Assembly: GCF_001194135.2 (NCBI RefSeq)
Contig: NC_068984.1
Location: forward strand, 52,185,000 to 52,248,999
DNA from: Octopus bimaculoides
Lineage: Eukaryota
DNA length: 64,000 bases
Direction of reading: 5' to 3'
The translations under genes were made by a program, and so were the position numbers. Position 1 is the stretch's first letter. Every line of letters begins with the position of its first letter. This document shows, in pieces, positions 26,801 to 42,600 of this stretch. The notes beneath the pieces were generated by a model. The model saw only the letters and a program-made list of their open reading frames with translations, was not told the DNA's origin and did not search any database.

Positions 26801-29800
26801 GGTGTCCCGGCTAAAATGCTTGTAATCATATGTCTATTGAATCAGGACTAAGATGAAACAATACAGCTTATAGCAGTGGTACAGAAGTGACTTCTATTGG
26901 TTCAGAGTCCTTAATAACCATATTGTCTGGACAGTTAAATGCCATGTGCTATTACTGCTCCATGGATACACAACCCACTGCTTCTTTAGCAATTAGGCTA
27001 TACCTTTAATGACACAACAATAAGACACAATATGGGTAACAGCATGAATATTATAAGAAGCAATCTAGGAAATATCATAAACTATAGAATAAGACAATGT
27101 AAGTAGTCAATAACAGAAAATGTAACAAAAACTGTAATGCAACATGTAATAAAGGCTGTAACATGAATAAACAGAAACAGTAATATAGCATGCAATACGT
27201 ACAATAGTACAGCTATACAAAAGCTGTAAAATGATACAATAATACATGTAGTAGAAGTTGTAATGCAAAATAAAATAAATGTATCATGAATAAACAGGAA
27301 CAGGAACACAACATGTAAGAGAAACTGTAAAATGATACAGTAACATGTGCAGTAAAAACAACAGCACACGTATTAGAAGCTGTAGTTTAACTAAGCAGAC
27401 ATAGTAACACAACATGAAATAGAAATTGTGACACAACATAAAAAGGAGGCAATGGTAACACAGGTATAAAGCTGTAATACAAAAAACATACAAAGTAATG
27501 TGAATATTAAAACTACAACCTTTAGAATGAAGAACCATGGACATTCCACTTTTATAAATTTTCACATTCATATTTTCATGCATAAATTTATAGATCTCCA
27601 AAGCTTTATTTCATTATATTAAGGATTACAATTATGTCTTCAGTTTCATTTCATAGTTAAGATTTTCTGAAGCATAACACACCACCACACAAACACCATG
27701 GAAAGCAGAATAATATTGTAGATGATAAAACATAAGCAGTAACATATGTAACATGAACAGCAATACAACTGCAATTCAGCTACTATTCAAGTAGTTAAGT
27801 AACTAGTAAAAACAGTAATTCTTTTCAATGTGGGACCTAGGAAGAGGAGTTTTCTCTTCTTAGGCCCCACATGAGGTGATGAGGCTCAATATTCTATCCA
27901 GTACAACACAGTCATTTGGTTCTGGGATACCTTTACTGGTGCCTAACTTGTTGCAAGCATTCAGCTCAGCCTTACAATTTACACCCTACCCATGTTTTTC
28001 CTGTGGACATTGACTTGCAGATATTCAAGCTAGGCATCAGCCATATCAATCTTATAAGTCTGCAAAGGTCATGATGCTTATTTAACATAAACACATAAAA
28101 GGAATTACTATCAGTTTTGACAATAAGTATTCAACTGTTCAATGAACAGGGCTACCTGTTTGTTAAATTAACATGTGAGACATCAGTATGTCTTAATGTA
28201 ATTCTCAGGTAGAGCCTGCATGATACATGTGACAAGATTGAACTTCTAGATTACAGGTGTAATCCTTGTGATGGATTTGCACACAATTTCTGACTCTCCA
28301 ATTTCACTCACAATGCTTGAGTTGACTTGAGGTTATGGTAAAAGACATTTGTCCAAGATGCCATGCAGTGGGAACAAACCCAGGGCCTTGTAAATGCAAA
28401 GCAAACATTTTAATCATTCAGCCATGGTTAATACATGCAATAACAGTTATAACAATGATTGGCCAAAGAAAGAGTAATGTAGACATTGTGAAAATTAATA
28501 ACACAAAAAGTATCACATAAAATAACAAAGGAAGGAAATGCAGAAAATGACTAAAACAATAAATAATCCTTTCTTCTGTAGGCACAAAGCCTGAAATTTG
28601 GGGGCAGGAAATTAGTCGATTACATCAACCTCAGTGTTTAACTGTTATTTTATCAACCCCAAAAAGATGAAAGGCAAAGTCAACCTCAGAATGTAGCAAT
28701 AGGTGAAACACCACTAAGCATTTCGCCTGGTATGCTAATGGCTCTGCCAGTTTTCAAGCAGGAATGGAAGAACAGTATTAAACCATCATAACTTGATTTA
28801 TTACATTTGGATATTTGGCTTCAAATAACTGAATACAACCCAAAATATTGCAAAACTTTGCTACACAACTTCCCTTTTAATGATACTCCATTTTAATAAT
28901 ATTTTTTAAAAACCATAAAAATAAAAATTTAATTGTTAATTATGCAAAATGAATACTAAACATTCATAATGATTATTTTAAAAGTTTAATACCCACACAC
29001 ACTTTGATAATGTGCATTTAAGTGTTTGTTCATTCATTCACTCATTCAGTTAGTTTGTATATTGGTGTGGTGCATGCATACTGTATTCACTTTCTCTCCA
29101 TTTCTCTTTCATCTTGAAACATATCAATCGATTCATCCTTCCAATCAGACTGGTTAATTTTGTAAATTTCTAGCTGAATCTGGTGTATTTCAACACAACA
29201 TAGGTAATGAAAATAGTCACCTTGGGAATAGCTGTAAAGCTACTTAATTTTTAAAATAATGTAGCATATTCTAGCTAGTTTCTCATTATTAGTTATTTTA
29301 TAATTTTGATGAGCTGACCCAATCACATAGCAAGGCAAAATGACTGGCAAACTTAAGGAATAACCTCATTTGACAATTTGCTTCTCTTTTAGCAAGCTAG
29401 ATATTTGGAAACAACTGAAATGCTAAGTTGAGGTATTCTTGTAATAGCAGATATTTCTAAATAATATTTCTATATAACACTTGCCTGAATTAATGTTTAA
29501 AAACTTTAATCTTTTCCATAGCAACTCATCTAAAATTGCCCCTGGTCCTACAATACAAACCATTTGCTTTAAAATGAGTTAAAAACCTTCCATCAAAATT
29601 TCATGCAAATTTATGCTCCAAACACCAGCTTAATAACAACAAAGTTTATTTGACTAAATTCTTCTTTATTTTCAAAATTAATCAAAACAAAGGCAGTATA
29701 TTTCATTAAAAATATAATATTGAAGTGGGGTTAAACATAATCAGATCATATATTATTGTGTACATGTAATGCACATGACAATAAAAGAAACTCTATGTGA

Positions 29801-32401
29801 TTTAGCTGCCATTTCTAGCAGCTAAATCTAGATGGTCTTGCAAAGAATGCCTTTGATCATAGGCCTACCTTGTCAAGGCAGATCTGGGATTAAACAACCA
29901 CAACAACAGCAACAACAGCATGCTAGCAAAGAAAATCAAATGCATGATGATGAAAACAATGATGAAGATGGTGATGATGATGATGATGATGGTGATGGTG
30001 ATCATGACAATGACTACAACTAAGAATCTGAGTTGTTAGGAAAATATTGATGAAGACAAAATATTACATTGTTAGCTGAGATGAGTAATGGACTATTTCC
30101 AATGACGTTGAATGAAAAAAGTTATCTTCACTGAAAGATTAATCTATCAATAAAAATAACTATTATCAATAAATCCAAGAAATATCTTGATTTATTCCTT
30201 TAAAACCACTGACAAAAGGAAACAGATAAAGGAAATTTCAGTTTGATCTAATAACTTAATTTGAACTATGATAAAACAGGTGTAAAAGCTTAAACAAAAA
30301 AAAAAAAGCTACAGCTAACACACTCACAAGCAGGAAAGACTGAGTAACAAATGCCATGCTTTTGCAAAATGTTTACGTGTTCATATAGCTGCATGCAGAC
30401 AGGGTCACTCTCTGAGCTCTCTTGCCCTGGACCCAGTAGAACATCCAGTGTTTGATAGCTGGAGAGAAAGACAGAGAGAGAGAAAGCTACACCAGCATTG
30501 TGCTGGTACTTCTTTTCAATTAATCCTTGTAAAGATGAAAGACAAGAGCACCTTGGCAGGATTTGAACTCAGGAGTGCAGAGAGTTAGAACAAATATCAC
30601 AATACATTCCAACCAACCCTCTAATAACTCTGCCAGTCAACCACCTCATAGAAACAGGTGTAGGGTTTAGTAATTTACAAAAACTATAGCAATGCAAGGA
30701 AACTCAGGCATCAACAATAACAAGTGCTGATAAATTCAAGAAAAATTTTTAAAAAAAAGTTAAATCATATTAACTCACTTCGGCGACAGGACTTGCTTAT
30801 TGTCTTTTCCTTTTCACAGCTATTTGGATCCCCTCGACGTAAAGTTAGAGCACGGACCTTTTTATTAGTGACAGGGTCACAGGCAGACCACTCACCCTTC
30901 TCATATTTACACTCTAAAATCAGTAAGGATAATTAATTTCAACTGGAATAGGAATATTACAGAAATTTAATGTTCTGCTATAAGTTTTCAAATGCATACA
31001 AGTTAGATTAGAAAAAAATATATAATGGAACACCTCGTATAACAATGCACAATATCACTTTTTAGTTATATGCATTGGCTAATTATAGTCAGTGATCTGA
31101 GAAATTCTAAGATTATATCTGCTTTTGTTTCAACACAATATCAGAAATATTTAAGGAAATAATAGTATGCTGTATATTGCTATATCACTTCTAAAAAATA
31201 TAAGTATAGAGATTTTTATTTGAAGTTCTAGTTTTTACAGATTACTTCATCAAAATGATTTATTTGTAAAAATATCAGCAGCAAGCTCGATTCATAGATT
31301 AATTTCTATTAAAACTGACAAAAAATTTTCAGTAATTTTTTTTTCTCCCTTAGCTATGAAGTCAAGATTCATTATAAAGCTGTCAGAAAACAAATTGTTT
31401 ATATTTTTAGAGTCAGCTTAAGCTAATGAATAAAACAATTTTTTTACTTCATGAATAATAGTTTGGGATGTATAATTGTATGACTTAGCAGAACACAAAT
31501 AACATATCTCCTTTTCTGCTGAGTATTTATCTTTATTTCATCACTGAAATGATAATTTCTTTTAGCTATACTTACTGGGGCTTAATTTTATTTTATCTTA
31601 TTTATTTATTTATTTATTTATTCATTACCTTAGACTGAACACAGAACACTCTGGAACAGAGAACCAAAGGAAATACTATAAAGCTATTAAAGCTATTCTT
31701 TAACTACTAAACTCTTGCTCCAAATATTCTCCTTTACATCCTCATGAAAATAGAAATAAGGATAGTCTTTTTTAGTGTATAATGTATTAATGTTGCCTAT
31801 TTTGTATGTTGGAACTGGGTAAATATCATGTAATATATTGTATACATGTTTAGTTAAAAGGGAACATCTAATGAAGATTATCCAAAAAAATTATATAGAA
31901 TACTATCCCTTGTATGATGAATAGGAGGAGGATGAGATGCAGGAAGATAAAGATGGTGATGATGATGATGACAATGACGACGATGATGATGATGATGATA
32001 TGTAACCCTCATTTTCAGAAACTGCCAACATATATCTGACATAACTGATAAGAAGTAATTGGAGAAGGTAAGGCAAAAAGGTGTAAGTTGGAATGAATTA
32101 GGTTTGTAAAATGTTTAAAAGTATGTTTTGCATGGTCATATTCTCTATTTTATTAAATATGATCAATTTTTTTTTTTCGTGATTATTATATCAATGTATA
32201 AAACTATCATGGTTGGAGGGAGCAGTTGCTAATATTCAGCTACAAAGCTGGAAATTTTTAGTAGGTATAACAGAAATAAATTAATAATAACTAATATCGT
32301 ATAATAAATTAAGAACAGTAATGTAAATTACAGTTGTAGAAAATTTGACTGTTTTCATATTATATCAGTGTATATATATGCATATACATACATGCACATA
32401 T

Positions 32402-32436
<35 letters not shown>

Positions 32437-35400
32437 NNNNNNNNNNNNNNNNNNNNNNNNNNNNNNNNNNNNNNNNNNNNNNNNNNNNNNNNNNNNNNNN
32501 NNNNNNNNNNNNNNNNNNNNNNNNNNNNNNNNNNNNNNNNNNNNNNNNNNNNNNNNNNNNNNNNNNNNNNNNNNNNNNNNNNNNNNNNNNNNNNNNNNNN
32601 NNNNNNNNNNNNNNNNNNNNNNNNNNNNNNNNNNNNNNNNNNNNNNNNNNNNNNNNNNNNNNNNNNNNNNNNNNNNNNNNNNNNNNNNNNNNNNNNNNNN
32701 NNNNNNNNNNNNNNNNNNNNNNNNNNNNNNNNNNNNNNNNNNNNNATATATATATATATATATATACATATATATGAAATTGTATGTAAATATATATTTG
32801 GTCTAGAAGAGGCTGTACCAATGACTTTTCAAGACCATCGTGCTATTTGAGGCCTTTCAAGACCATTGAGCTTGACAAAATTGATGTTTTATGTATAATG
32901 AGACAAAGCTAAATTCATTACTGAACACATCACTACGTTACCTAAGTCTTTTTAGTTGAACAGTCTTGAGATACTCTAAATAGAAAGCATGCTAAAACAT
33001 CAGGTATTTCTCACTGGTTCTCAGTTTACTCCTTATCAAGGACAGAAAATATTTTAGAAGACTAAATTGTAAATTAAATAATATTTGACATTATAAGTAC
33101 CTGTTTGACATAGAAAAGAGAAACAGATCCATTGGTAAGATTGTTTTACACACACACACAGACACACACACTCTCTCTCTCAAATAGGTCCTTAGATATG
33201 CCAGCTCTTAAAGTTGAAAAATTCTGGCAGATAATTCATTTATAAAATATAGATAAGTTTATTTAGTTGACAAGCAATTAAACAAATGGTTTAAACATAT
33301 TCAGTGGGTTAATTTTGATTGAATCTGTTCATCTCTCTACAAACTGACTCTGTAAAACAAAGGTTTGAAATGTTGCTAACTTACTTAATTTGCATGTTTT
33401 TGTTAATGTCTTCTCCTTTTGACATCTGTTTGGGTCTCCACGCCTTAGTTTTAACACCCTTGTTTTTTCATTTGTCTGGGCATCACATTGGGACCAAGGG
33501 CCTCGGGTATATTTACATGCTACAAACAAATTCTAAACATTATGGCCATATAAATAAAATATAAAGCATTCATTTAGAACTCCTCAAGCTTAAAAGCTGT
33601 AAATTATACAAGTGATTCTGTATAACCGAATATAAATATGAGTCTTCACAAACACACATCCACATGTGAAATGTATGGAAAACCCTATTGGTGTTGGATA
33701 TTCAGCAGATAAAGTCAATATGTCTTGTTAATCTTAAAACACAAACTTTCTTTGTCATACACATAATTATATTTTCTTTCTAACAAGTTTTTATAATAAA
33801 TGATCCACATTTAGGGGTTTTGTTTTTTTTTTTTTATTTTACATCTTTTCAAAAGGGGTACTTTACATATTAAAAAGTATAATGTATTATAAATAGAGCT
33901 CCAAAATAAAGTTCATGTATATTCTGACTGCATCACAAACAAACTAACAGTAAAAGCTAAACAAAGATTTAAAAAAAGAATAAACTCTAAATTTGTGAGA
34001 AAGAGAAAAGAAACCAAACCAAAAACAAAAAAATAAGAACAATTATACTAAACTTAGAAAGGAGTAATTGTGGTAGGTAAAAACCTAAACAGATTAAAAT
34101 TTCACTGTTAATCTTGAAATGTATGAAATAAATCAATACTCTATGTTTATATTATCTTCCACATAGACATCACCAGCTCTTAGTACTGTACAGATTTCTT
34201 ATATATTATTTATTCCGTTTATCTAAACATAGCATACACTCAGTAAAATTATAATTCCCTTTGCCACACTCAGACATCATATAGAACAAAGTTATTTATA
34301 ACATTCACTAAAACATTTGGAATTGTGTTTCACCACAAACTGAATGGTAAGATTTCTCAGAAATAAACATTCCCTTTACATTGAAATTGTGGCCAATGAG
34401 AGGATGATGATTCAGTTTCAAACATATATCATTAACCATCATAAGATAGTGCAACAATAAGTTCTCTTTAAAGGTTAAATGGAATGATATATTTTGTAAT
34501 ACTGACTTGTCTTTTTTTTACATTTTTATTGTCTTTTCAAATCCTTCATACGTTTACAATTTTTCTTTTACAAATTACTTGCTCACAGACTTTTATTGAA
34601 TCAATATCAGTATCATTAATGTCCTTTTTTGCTATCAATCTCCAAAGGGAGAAAATGTGATTTGCTTCAACACTCAGTGACCTTTGTGCAAGGAGTCAAC
34701 TTGAAGGCCATGAGCCAGCAGCCTCTCCTGACAAACGTTCAGCCAGATAAACATTAACAACACAGCTACACCCATTATACCTTTTGATCAATTCAAAAAG
34801 ATTACAGTATTTCAGTCTAGTTTTGACTGTATGGATTCCAAAACCACTAGAAAATATGCTTCCTTACAATAGTTTTGCTTATCATCCAGATATATCTCCA
34901 GGATATGGTATCCTCTACATTAGTTTTAGGAATATAGCATACACTTGGTAAAATTATAATTTTTCAGATTCTTGACCTCATCTTTAGAGCTGAAACATTT
35001 CTTAATACTTACATCTTAAGCTACTTTATAATCAGTTTGATTTCTGATTGTCATCAGGTTTCTTACTCCTGGGTATATGCATAATACAGGACTAGATGCA
35101 TCAGTAGCCAAGCAGATAAAACCATTACTACCCATGCTTTAAAAATCAAGGTTTATTTGCACATTAATACAATGTACATATCCAGGAATAAGGCACCTAA
35201 TGATGATTAGAGATCAAAACAATTAAAACCTGGTGTAGATGAAAATATGTAAAATAAGGTTTCATCTTTACAGATGATGTTGACAGTCTGAAAAATGACA
35301 ATCTTATTAACAATAACTCAACTGAGGCATTAAACATTTGATAGTATATACTAACATTTTATAATATAAGTTTTTTTTTCTATAAAATGAGACTCCTAAT

Positions 35401-36547
35401 TCAATTATTATATGACTCAATACATTCTGTATTAATATCTATGAGAATTACAAATCTTTTGGATGGAATCGAATACTTGTATGAGTTAATCTAATAATCC
35501 TTTCTAATATAAACACAAGGCCTGGAATTTGGGGTGAGGAAGTAGGTCAATTAGATTGACCCCAGTATGCAACTGGTGCTTAATTTATTGACCCTGAAAG
35601 GATGAAAGGCAAAGTCGATGCCGGTGGAGTTTGAACTCAGAACAGAGCAACAGATGAAACACTGCTAAGCATTTTGCCCAGTGTGCTAATGATTCTGCCA
35701 GCTTGCCACCTTAAGAGTTAGTCTAATAATAATCCAATACTTGTACTGATCACAAGATCAATCATATTTACTCTCACAACTAGAGACTGGACCAAATAAA
35801 CTTGATTTGATTCTTTGTTAATTAGGATAAATACCAAAGTATTTTTAGTATGAAATGTTTGGTGTAACATAGTCTAGGAGACATTTATTTATATGTGATA
35901 ACTTGTCCATTGGCTCAACAAAGTATCAACATTGCAAGACAGGTCAATTCTTCCACAACTGCCCTTGCATGCTTCCATAACTTAATGTCATTAACATTTA
36001 TGTATTCATATACACATGTACATACCGCAAAATAAAAACACAAAAATAACACACAAATAACACACACACACACAAGATAAAACTCCTTTGAGTTATCAAC
36101 TATATAGAAGACAAGACATATTAAGAGATATCATCTAAACAATGATAGTATTGAGTTTCTGGAGTCTTCAAGCATTAATGATCTTTCTTGATTACTATAG
36201 ATATGAATGGTTAGAAGAAAACCAATTCTTCTTTTTAATTAATTGCTGGGTATTTTGCTGGATGATGTTCAAAATTTACCAATGCTAACATATTTGTGTC
36301 AAGGCTGATAGAAGTGAGGCAGAAAGATTTCTGAATATCATAGGTGTTCTGTCACCCTTGTTCTCAGTTTTCTAATAATCACCTGCTTAAAGGATAGTAA
36401 TGGTTGTCATTGATAAGTGATACATACTCACACATTACACACACACACACACACACACACTCAGAGACATATGCATATATATATATATATGCATAAATAT
36501 ACATATATACGTACATATATATACACACACACACACACACACAACAC

Positions 36548-36618
<71 letters not shown>

Positions 36619-39600
36619 CATACATACATATATATTTGTACATTCACACCATACTCATGCACACACCCACACACTCACACACACATGCATGCAGGAGGAA
36701 GAAATGAGAAAACAGATGCAAATGGAGAAATATTTGCCAATGCTGTCATAAAGTGGGAATACAACAGAGCAAAACTACTTTTCTGATGATGCAAAGCAAA
36801 GTTTCTTGGGTTCTGACCAAATACTTTTGTAATTAAGTCACCATTTTTCTCACTGTATTTAAAGAAGAGGATGGTAATCTTTTATATATTTTTATGAATA
36901 AAGGATTTAAGAATGACTGCCGTTGTTGTCTTAGTAGATATATAAGTCCATTTGCAGTTACAATAATAGAGTACAACAAATGTACACAGCCATCATCTAC
37001 AATGTACAATTACAAAAACATCTATGCAGACAAAATTATAATAAAAAGAAGCAATATATAACTACAGTTGCAATATACAACAAGTGTATGCAACTAAAGT
37101 GAAGTTATTGCATGCAGCAACAGTTATGGAATTTTCTGTTATCACATTTTTTTAAAATTAATTTTTTTGCTGTAGATTTTACAGACTAGGCAGTGAATTT
37201 AAAAACTTACCCTTTCCTTGTTTACAACCCTTAGATTTTATTCTAGTTGCAGGGCATTTCTTTGGATCACCTTTCTTCAACATCATTGTCATATTTTTGG
37301 TGCTGGTGTTGGGATCACAAGCAGACCAAGTCCCTTTCATATACTTACATTCTGTAACAAAGGAAAGAAATAGAAAAGTAACTCTTACACATTGGACAAC
37401 ATTATATATTGCAAGATATCAGAATTAGATGAAAAAATCTTAACAGAAAACATCAAAACATCACTTGTATTGTAACATTCTTTTCTACTCTAGGCACAAG
37501 GCCCAAAATATTGGGAGAGGAGGCCAGTCAATTAGATCGACCCCCAGTACACAATTGGTACTTGATTGATCGACCCTGAAAGGATGAAAGGCAAAGTCAA
37601 CCTTGGTGGAATTTGAACTCAGAACATAAAGACAAAACGAAATGCTGCTAAGCGTTTCGCCTGGTGTGCTAACGTTTCTGCTAGCTCGCCGCCTTGTACT
37701 GTAACTTTAAAACTACAAAGCACTAAGGAATGCTTTATGTAGATGCTTGACCTACTAAAAGCAGTTGTCAAATTTTCCTTAAATTACACATCACTCTATT
37801 TGAAACGGATGCATTGCTTCTAAACATAAACTATTATCTTAAAAGTAGAAAAGATGCATTGGACATTGTAGACATACAAAATAATAGGATGGTCATAGTA
37901 GGAGCACATTTCAGTTAGGGTTGACTCGGTTTGAACAACAGGAAGCCTACTTTAAATATCAGACCAAAACAATTACTTCAACATAGGGGTACATATGATT
38001 GTGATAATATCTTTGCTCCTAATCAAAGAAAATTTAATAAATTCTTTGGATACACTACCTTATGTAATTCTGGAGGTCATTAAACTAAGAATCAATTATA
38101 TCACATGATTACATCTTGTGACTACTTACTTTGTAGTTACAGAAGATAGCATCTATGCAACTGCTGGATCAGTTACAAATAGCAGCCAAACCACCCTCAA
38201 GTAATAGGCTGTTGTCTTAAAGAAAGAGAGAGGGTGAGAGGGAATGAGAGAGATAGAATTTTAGTCCTGGATAAACAAAATTAAAGAAGGGTCGGGATTA
38301 GAACAGTTTTGATCATAGTTCTGTCTGCTCAATCAAAACCAGCTTAGAGCTAAGTAACTACTTAGTTTACCACTATAAAATGTCAGTAACAATATCAATA
38401 TATATGACACCTTTTCCCTTAAAAACATAGAGTTGATTCTGCTTAATTACTTCTGTAATTGAAAATCTCATGCTATCAACAGAATTTGCAAGATAGGTGA
38501 TAAATTACAAGATTTCAGTGTGCTGTCAGTAGTAAAGTATTGTGATATTTCACACATATATTAAATACAGAAGAAAACAAAAATAAAATTTTATTTACAA
38601 TACATTTTATGTAAACATAAATTACTTATCTTACACCCAGTTCATGCTGTTTCTTTGATATATTATTGGTATGACAATTGCTTTACTTATCCCCTATGAG
38701 GTTTTTTCAGTTGCTTTTGATATTTTTCAATTACCCATTCTTAACTTGACAAAGGTTTTCACCCGATTTGAATTACTCAGTGATAACAACTTAGGTGATG
38801 CAGAAAAATTTACTGGGTCCATCACAGATTGAAGTAGTTGATAATGAAAACAAGATAACATCGTTTGACTAAAGAATATCTTTTGGCAATATTTATCTAC
38901 AATGAAAACTTATCTATTGAAGAGTTTTATTATACTATTAGAAATGAGATAAAATTCACTGAATGAGTAATGTGAACACATTTCATTTTTTAACATTAGT
39001 TACTTAGGTGTTGCCTTCTGTCATTCTAATTCATCATCAAAACAGAAGCTTCTAGAATCACCTAATTCATCCTAAATCAAATATATGTTCAATTTTAGCA
39101 TACATTGAGCTAAATGTTTACTCAAAATCTGAAAAAAAAAAAAAAAAAAAACTTGCGTAATTAACTGAGATTGGCATCATTAACTAATGTAAATGACATT
39201 GATTGATTAACTGAAAGTTAATTGTATAAAATAAATTTCACATAGCTTCTATGTTAAACCAGTGTCTCTCATAATGATAGGCTGGGAAGAATGAAAAAAG
39301 AGATGGAGAAATTTTTGCATTTAGTAAAACTGAGATGGTTTTAAACTTTTAAAACTTGTCCAATACTATAACAAAGAAGAAAGAAGTATATGGATGTAAG
39401 CTCTATTTTATCTTCTCGTTACTAAAGAGGGTGGAGCATAATGTTTCCACAATATTTTGGTTGGCTTTTATTCTGTTGTTCTGAGAACCATGGTTCTGAG
39501 AAATGGCTTGGTATTTTGAAAAAAAAAGCAATTAACAAACTGATGAAATTAATCAGAATTGCTTGTACATGTTCTGATAAAAAGTTTTTAGTTGATATAA

Positions 39601-42600
39601 GGATATATTTTATGGCAAAGTAGTTTTAAATTTTTTTCTTTCCTAAAATTTCATTTTTCCATTCTAGCATGGCCAATATTATATTATTAGAGTAAATAAT
39701 TTTACAGTTAGCTGTTCTGGGAGTGGCACATTTTTCTAGCTTGACTTGATCAAGCAGATTAAGGTACATCACTAAGAAGTGTAAATGTTATGTATTTGAT
39801 CTTCAAAAGTGGAAACTTACAGATGTACCAATCTTAAGAGGATTTAAACATAACATATACATAGAAAGGTCACTTTAAATTAGAGACATCTGTAACATGT
39901 TGCTTTCAAGAGTCAGAATGTATAGATTTGAGAATGTAGTCAAGCACAGTATATATTCTAAAGTGGTGTTAGTAGATGGGTAGCTATAGAATAAATGCAA
40001 CTGCAGTGAAGTAACTTGATACCTGACCTACTTTAATATGAAAAGATAAATGCTGAAATAATTGAAATGGATCATTATTTATAATTGAATAAGTAAATAA
40101 GAATTTGAATTGGAAATCAATATTTATTAAATTAATTTTGAAGTCATTGATGATCACTTGAATTTTTGAAAGAAACGTTTAATTGATAGCTGGGTTCAGA
40201 ACAAATTATCATTTTTATGCTTCATGCTTTAGACACAGGTGGAGAAACTTTTACATACAAAGAGCAAATTGCAAGTGATTGAGAATTTTAGGTGTATCTG
40301 TTCTGAGAAAAATAATGAATCTTTAATTTTACAAATTCATAAGGGCATAGCTTATATTAAATTACTGTTTTGGTCTTAAGGCATAACACTTAATACCAAC
40401 CTGCCTACCTACCTAAGATCACCTCTAGTTGTGATACTAAACCTCTCATTTTGAATTATGCCTATTTGATATAAAAAACATCGATCATAATTTTATGAAA
40501 CAACTTCTCATCAAGTTATGTTGCAAATGCTAACTTCATAATGAAACAGTCTAAACCCTTGTGTATTTCCAAAAAGTAGTGTATGTCAGTAGAAATAAAG
40601 TGATGAAAGAATTAAACTGATTCTTACATATGGAATTTTAATGATTTAGTTGGTAGACCATTTCAAATGTTAATGTGAGAGAAATTTTGCCCATGAGTAG
40701 AGGTTCTCCACCTCTTGAACTTTCTTTAATAATCACAATATGTATAGAAGAACAAGATAATATTTCTATTCTTATACTTGTGTGTGTGTGCACCTGTGTG
40801 TGCATGTGTGTGTGCATGTGCATGCACATGCATGCTTGTGTGTGTGTCACTTGGAAAATATTCAACATAGTAACAAACGGAATTTATGCATCACTTTTTT
40901 ATTTATAGAGCGTTATAGTAGGCAATGAAGTGTAGTAGAGATGTTTTGGAAAACTCAGTCTGAAACCATGTTTTCCATAGCTTATGTTGATATATTCTTT
41001 GCACTGTGAGCAATAAACTCATTGGACATTTCCATTTCAATGAGAAGTCCAACTGAACAATGAAAAGTTCACTAGATTTAAGAGGGCACAAGTGACAATT
41101 TCATTTCAATTATTGCTATTCCTGTACTTGTATCCAGTTTTTCCTCATTTTGATCATATAAATTGGTTTGGTTAATAATTGTCTCTTATTGATTGCTAGA
41201 TGGCATGGTCAATAATTTCTTAGAATGACCAATATTGACCAAAACGAGACTTTTTTTTTCAACATTCAGCTCTTGAAAGTTTATTGTTTAAGATGATTCC
41301 AACTGCAACTTAAAATTTTAATTTGTGTTCTGCTATAAATATCAGAATGGCCATTAATCACCTCTTGACTGATACTAACAATCATTAAAAGTCAAATTAG
41401 TAGTGATAAATCATTAATTAATAATTTAGATTAACCACAACAAAGACTAGTGATGTATAAACATAAAATTTGAACAAGCAATGATAACAGTAGTTACGCC
41501 TTGTTAATTTACTGTGAATGAGTGTGTGAGCATATTTATATATAAATATGTGTTACACAAAAGGTTAATTAATCATGTTACTTAAAAGTTTCAGCAACAA
41601 AATCATTTGTCAGATTTTATGATTATTTGGTTACAAAGTTTAGAAGAATAAGAACACTCTTAACCATTCTCAAACAGAGATTTTCATTAGTTTCAGAATG
41701 CTTTTCAAAACTTTGGTGAGCATAATACTTGAAATTGAAAGCTCAAATATAAATAGATATTAAACATTATTTTGGTCAATATTGATCTTATTGAGAAATT
41801 ATTGACCATACTGTGTAGCAATCAACAAGAGACAGAGCACTAACCAAATCATTTTGCATACATTATTAAAACTAGAGTTATGAAAAACTGGATACAAGTA
41901 AATGAATAGCAATAATTAATGTGATATTGAAGGGTATAGAATAGTTATAGTTACTTCTCTGAGAACTATTAAAAAAATTTTAGGAAGATTTTGAAACTAA
42001 TAAAGAAATTCATTGGAAAATATCCAAAGAGAGATAAAGTAAGTTCAAAATTTCCTTACTTATCCACTCCCATCTTTTACTAAAATTACATTCACACCCA
42101 GGATCATTGTTGAAATATCAAATTGTCCCAGTACTTGACAGGTACTTTATGTTATCAACCTTAAAAGGATGAAAGAACAGAGTTGATCTCTGTGTTATTT
42201 GAACTCATAGTGTAAAAGGCCACTACTAAATACTTCTCTAATAATTCTACCAATAAAGTATTTAAAAAGATATGAAATATTGAGAATGAAATGGAGATTC
42301 CAGATTGAAGAGAATTCAGACAAAATCATAAATTAAACAAAATCTTATGTTGACTATATTTCCTATTGAAGTAAATCAAATTTTTTTTATATTTTTGGAT
42401 GAAACAAAAAGCAGTTCATATATTTTGCTTAAATATGGATCATCACATAAGTTCTTGGATCAATGGCACCATTTAATAAACAAAGAAATTTTTCTGATCT
42501 AATTGTGATCAATATTAATAAAGTTATTGCCACAGTAGTTGCAGAAGGAGTAATAAGTTCTGAAGATTAATAATGTTCAAAATTATTAACAAAAAAAAAG

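Noticed and set aside
27900-28000. Possible pseudo-exon of a C-domain (CKL*G*AEC)
   Set aside because: Cys spacing is wrong (x7, not x9), there are stops, and no splice sites
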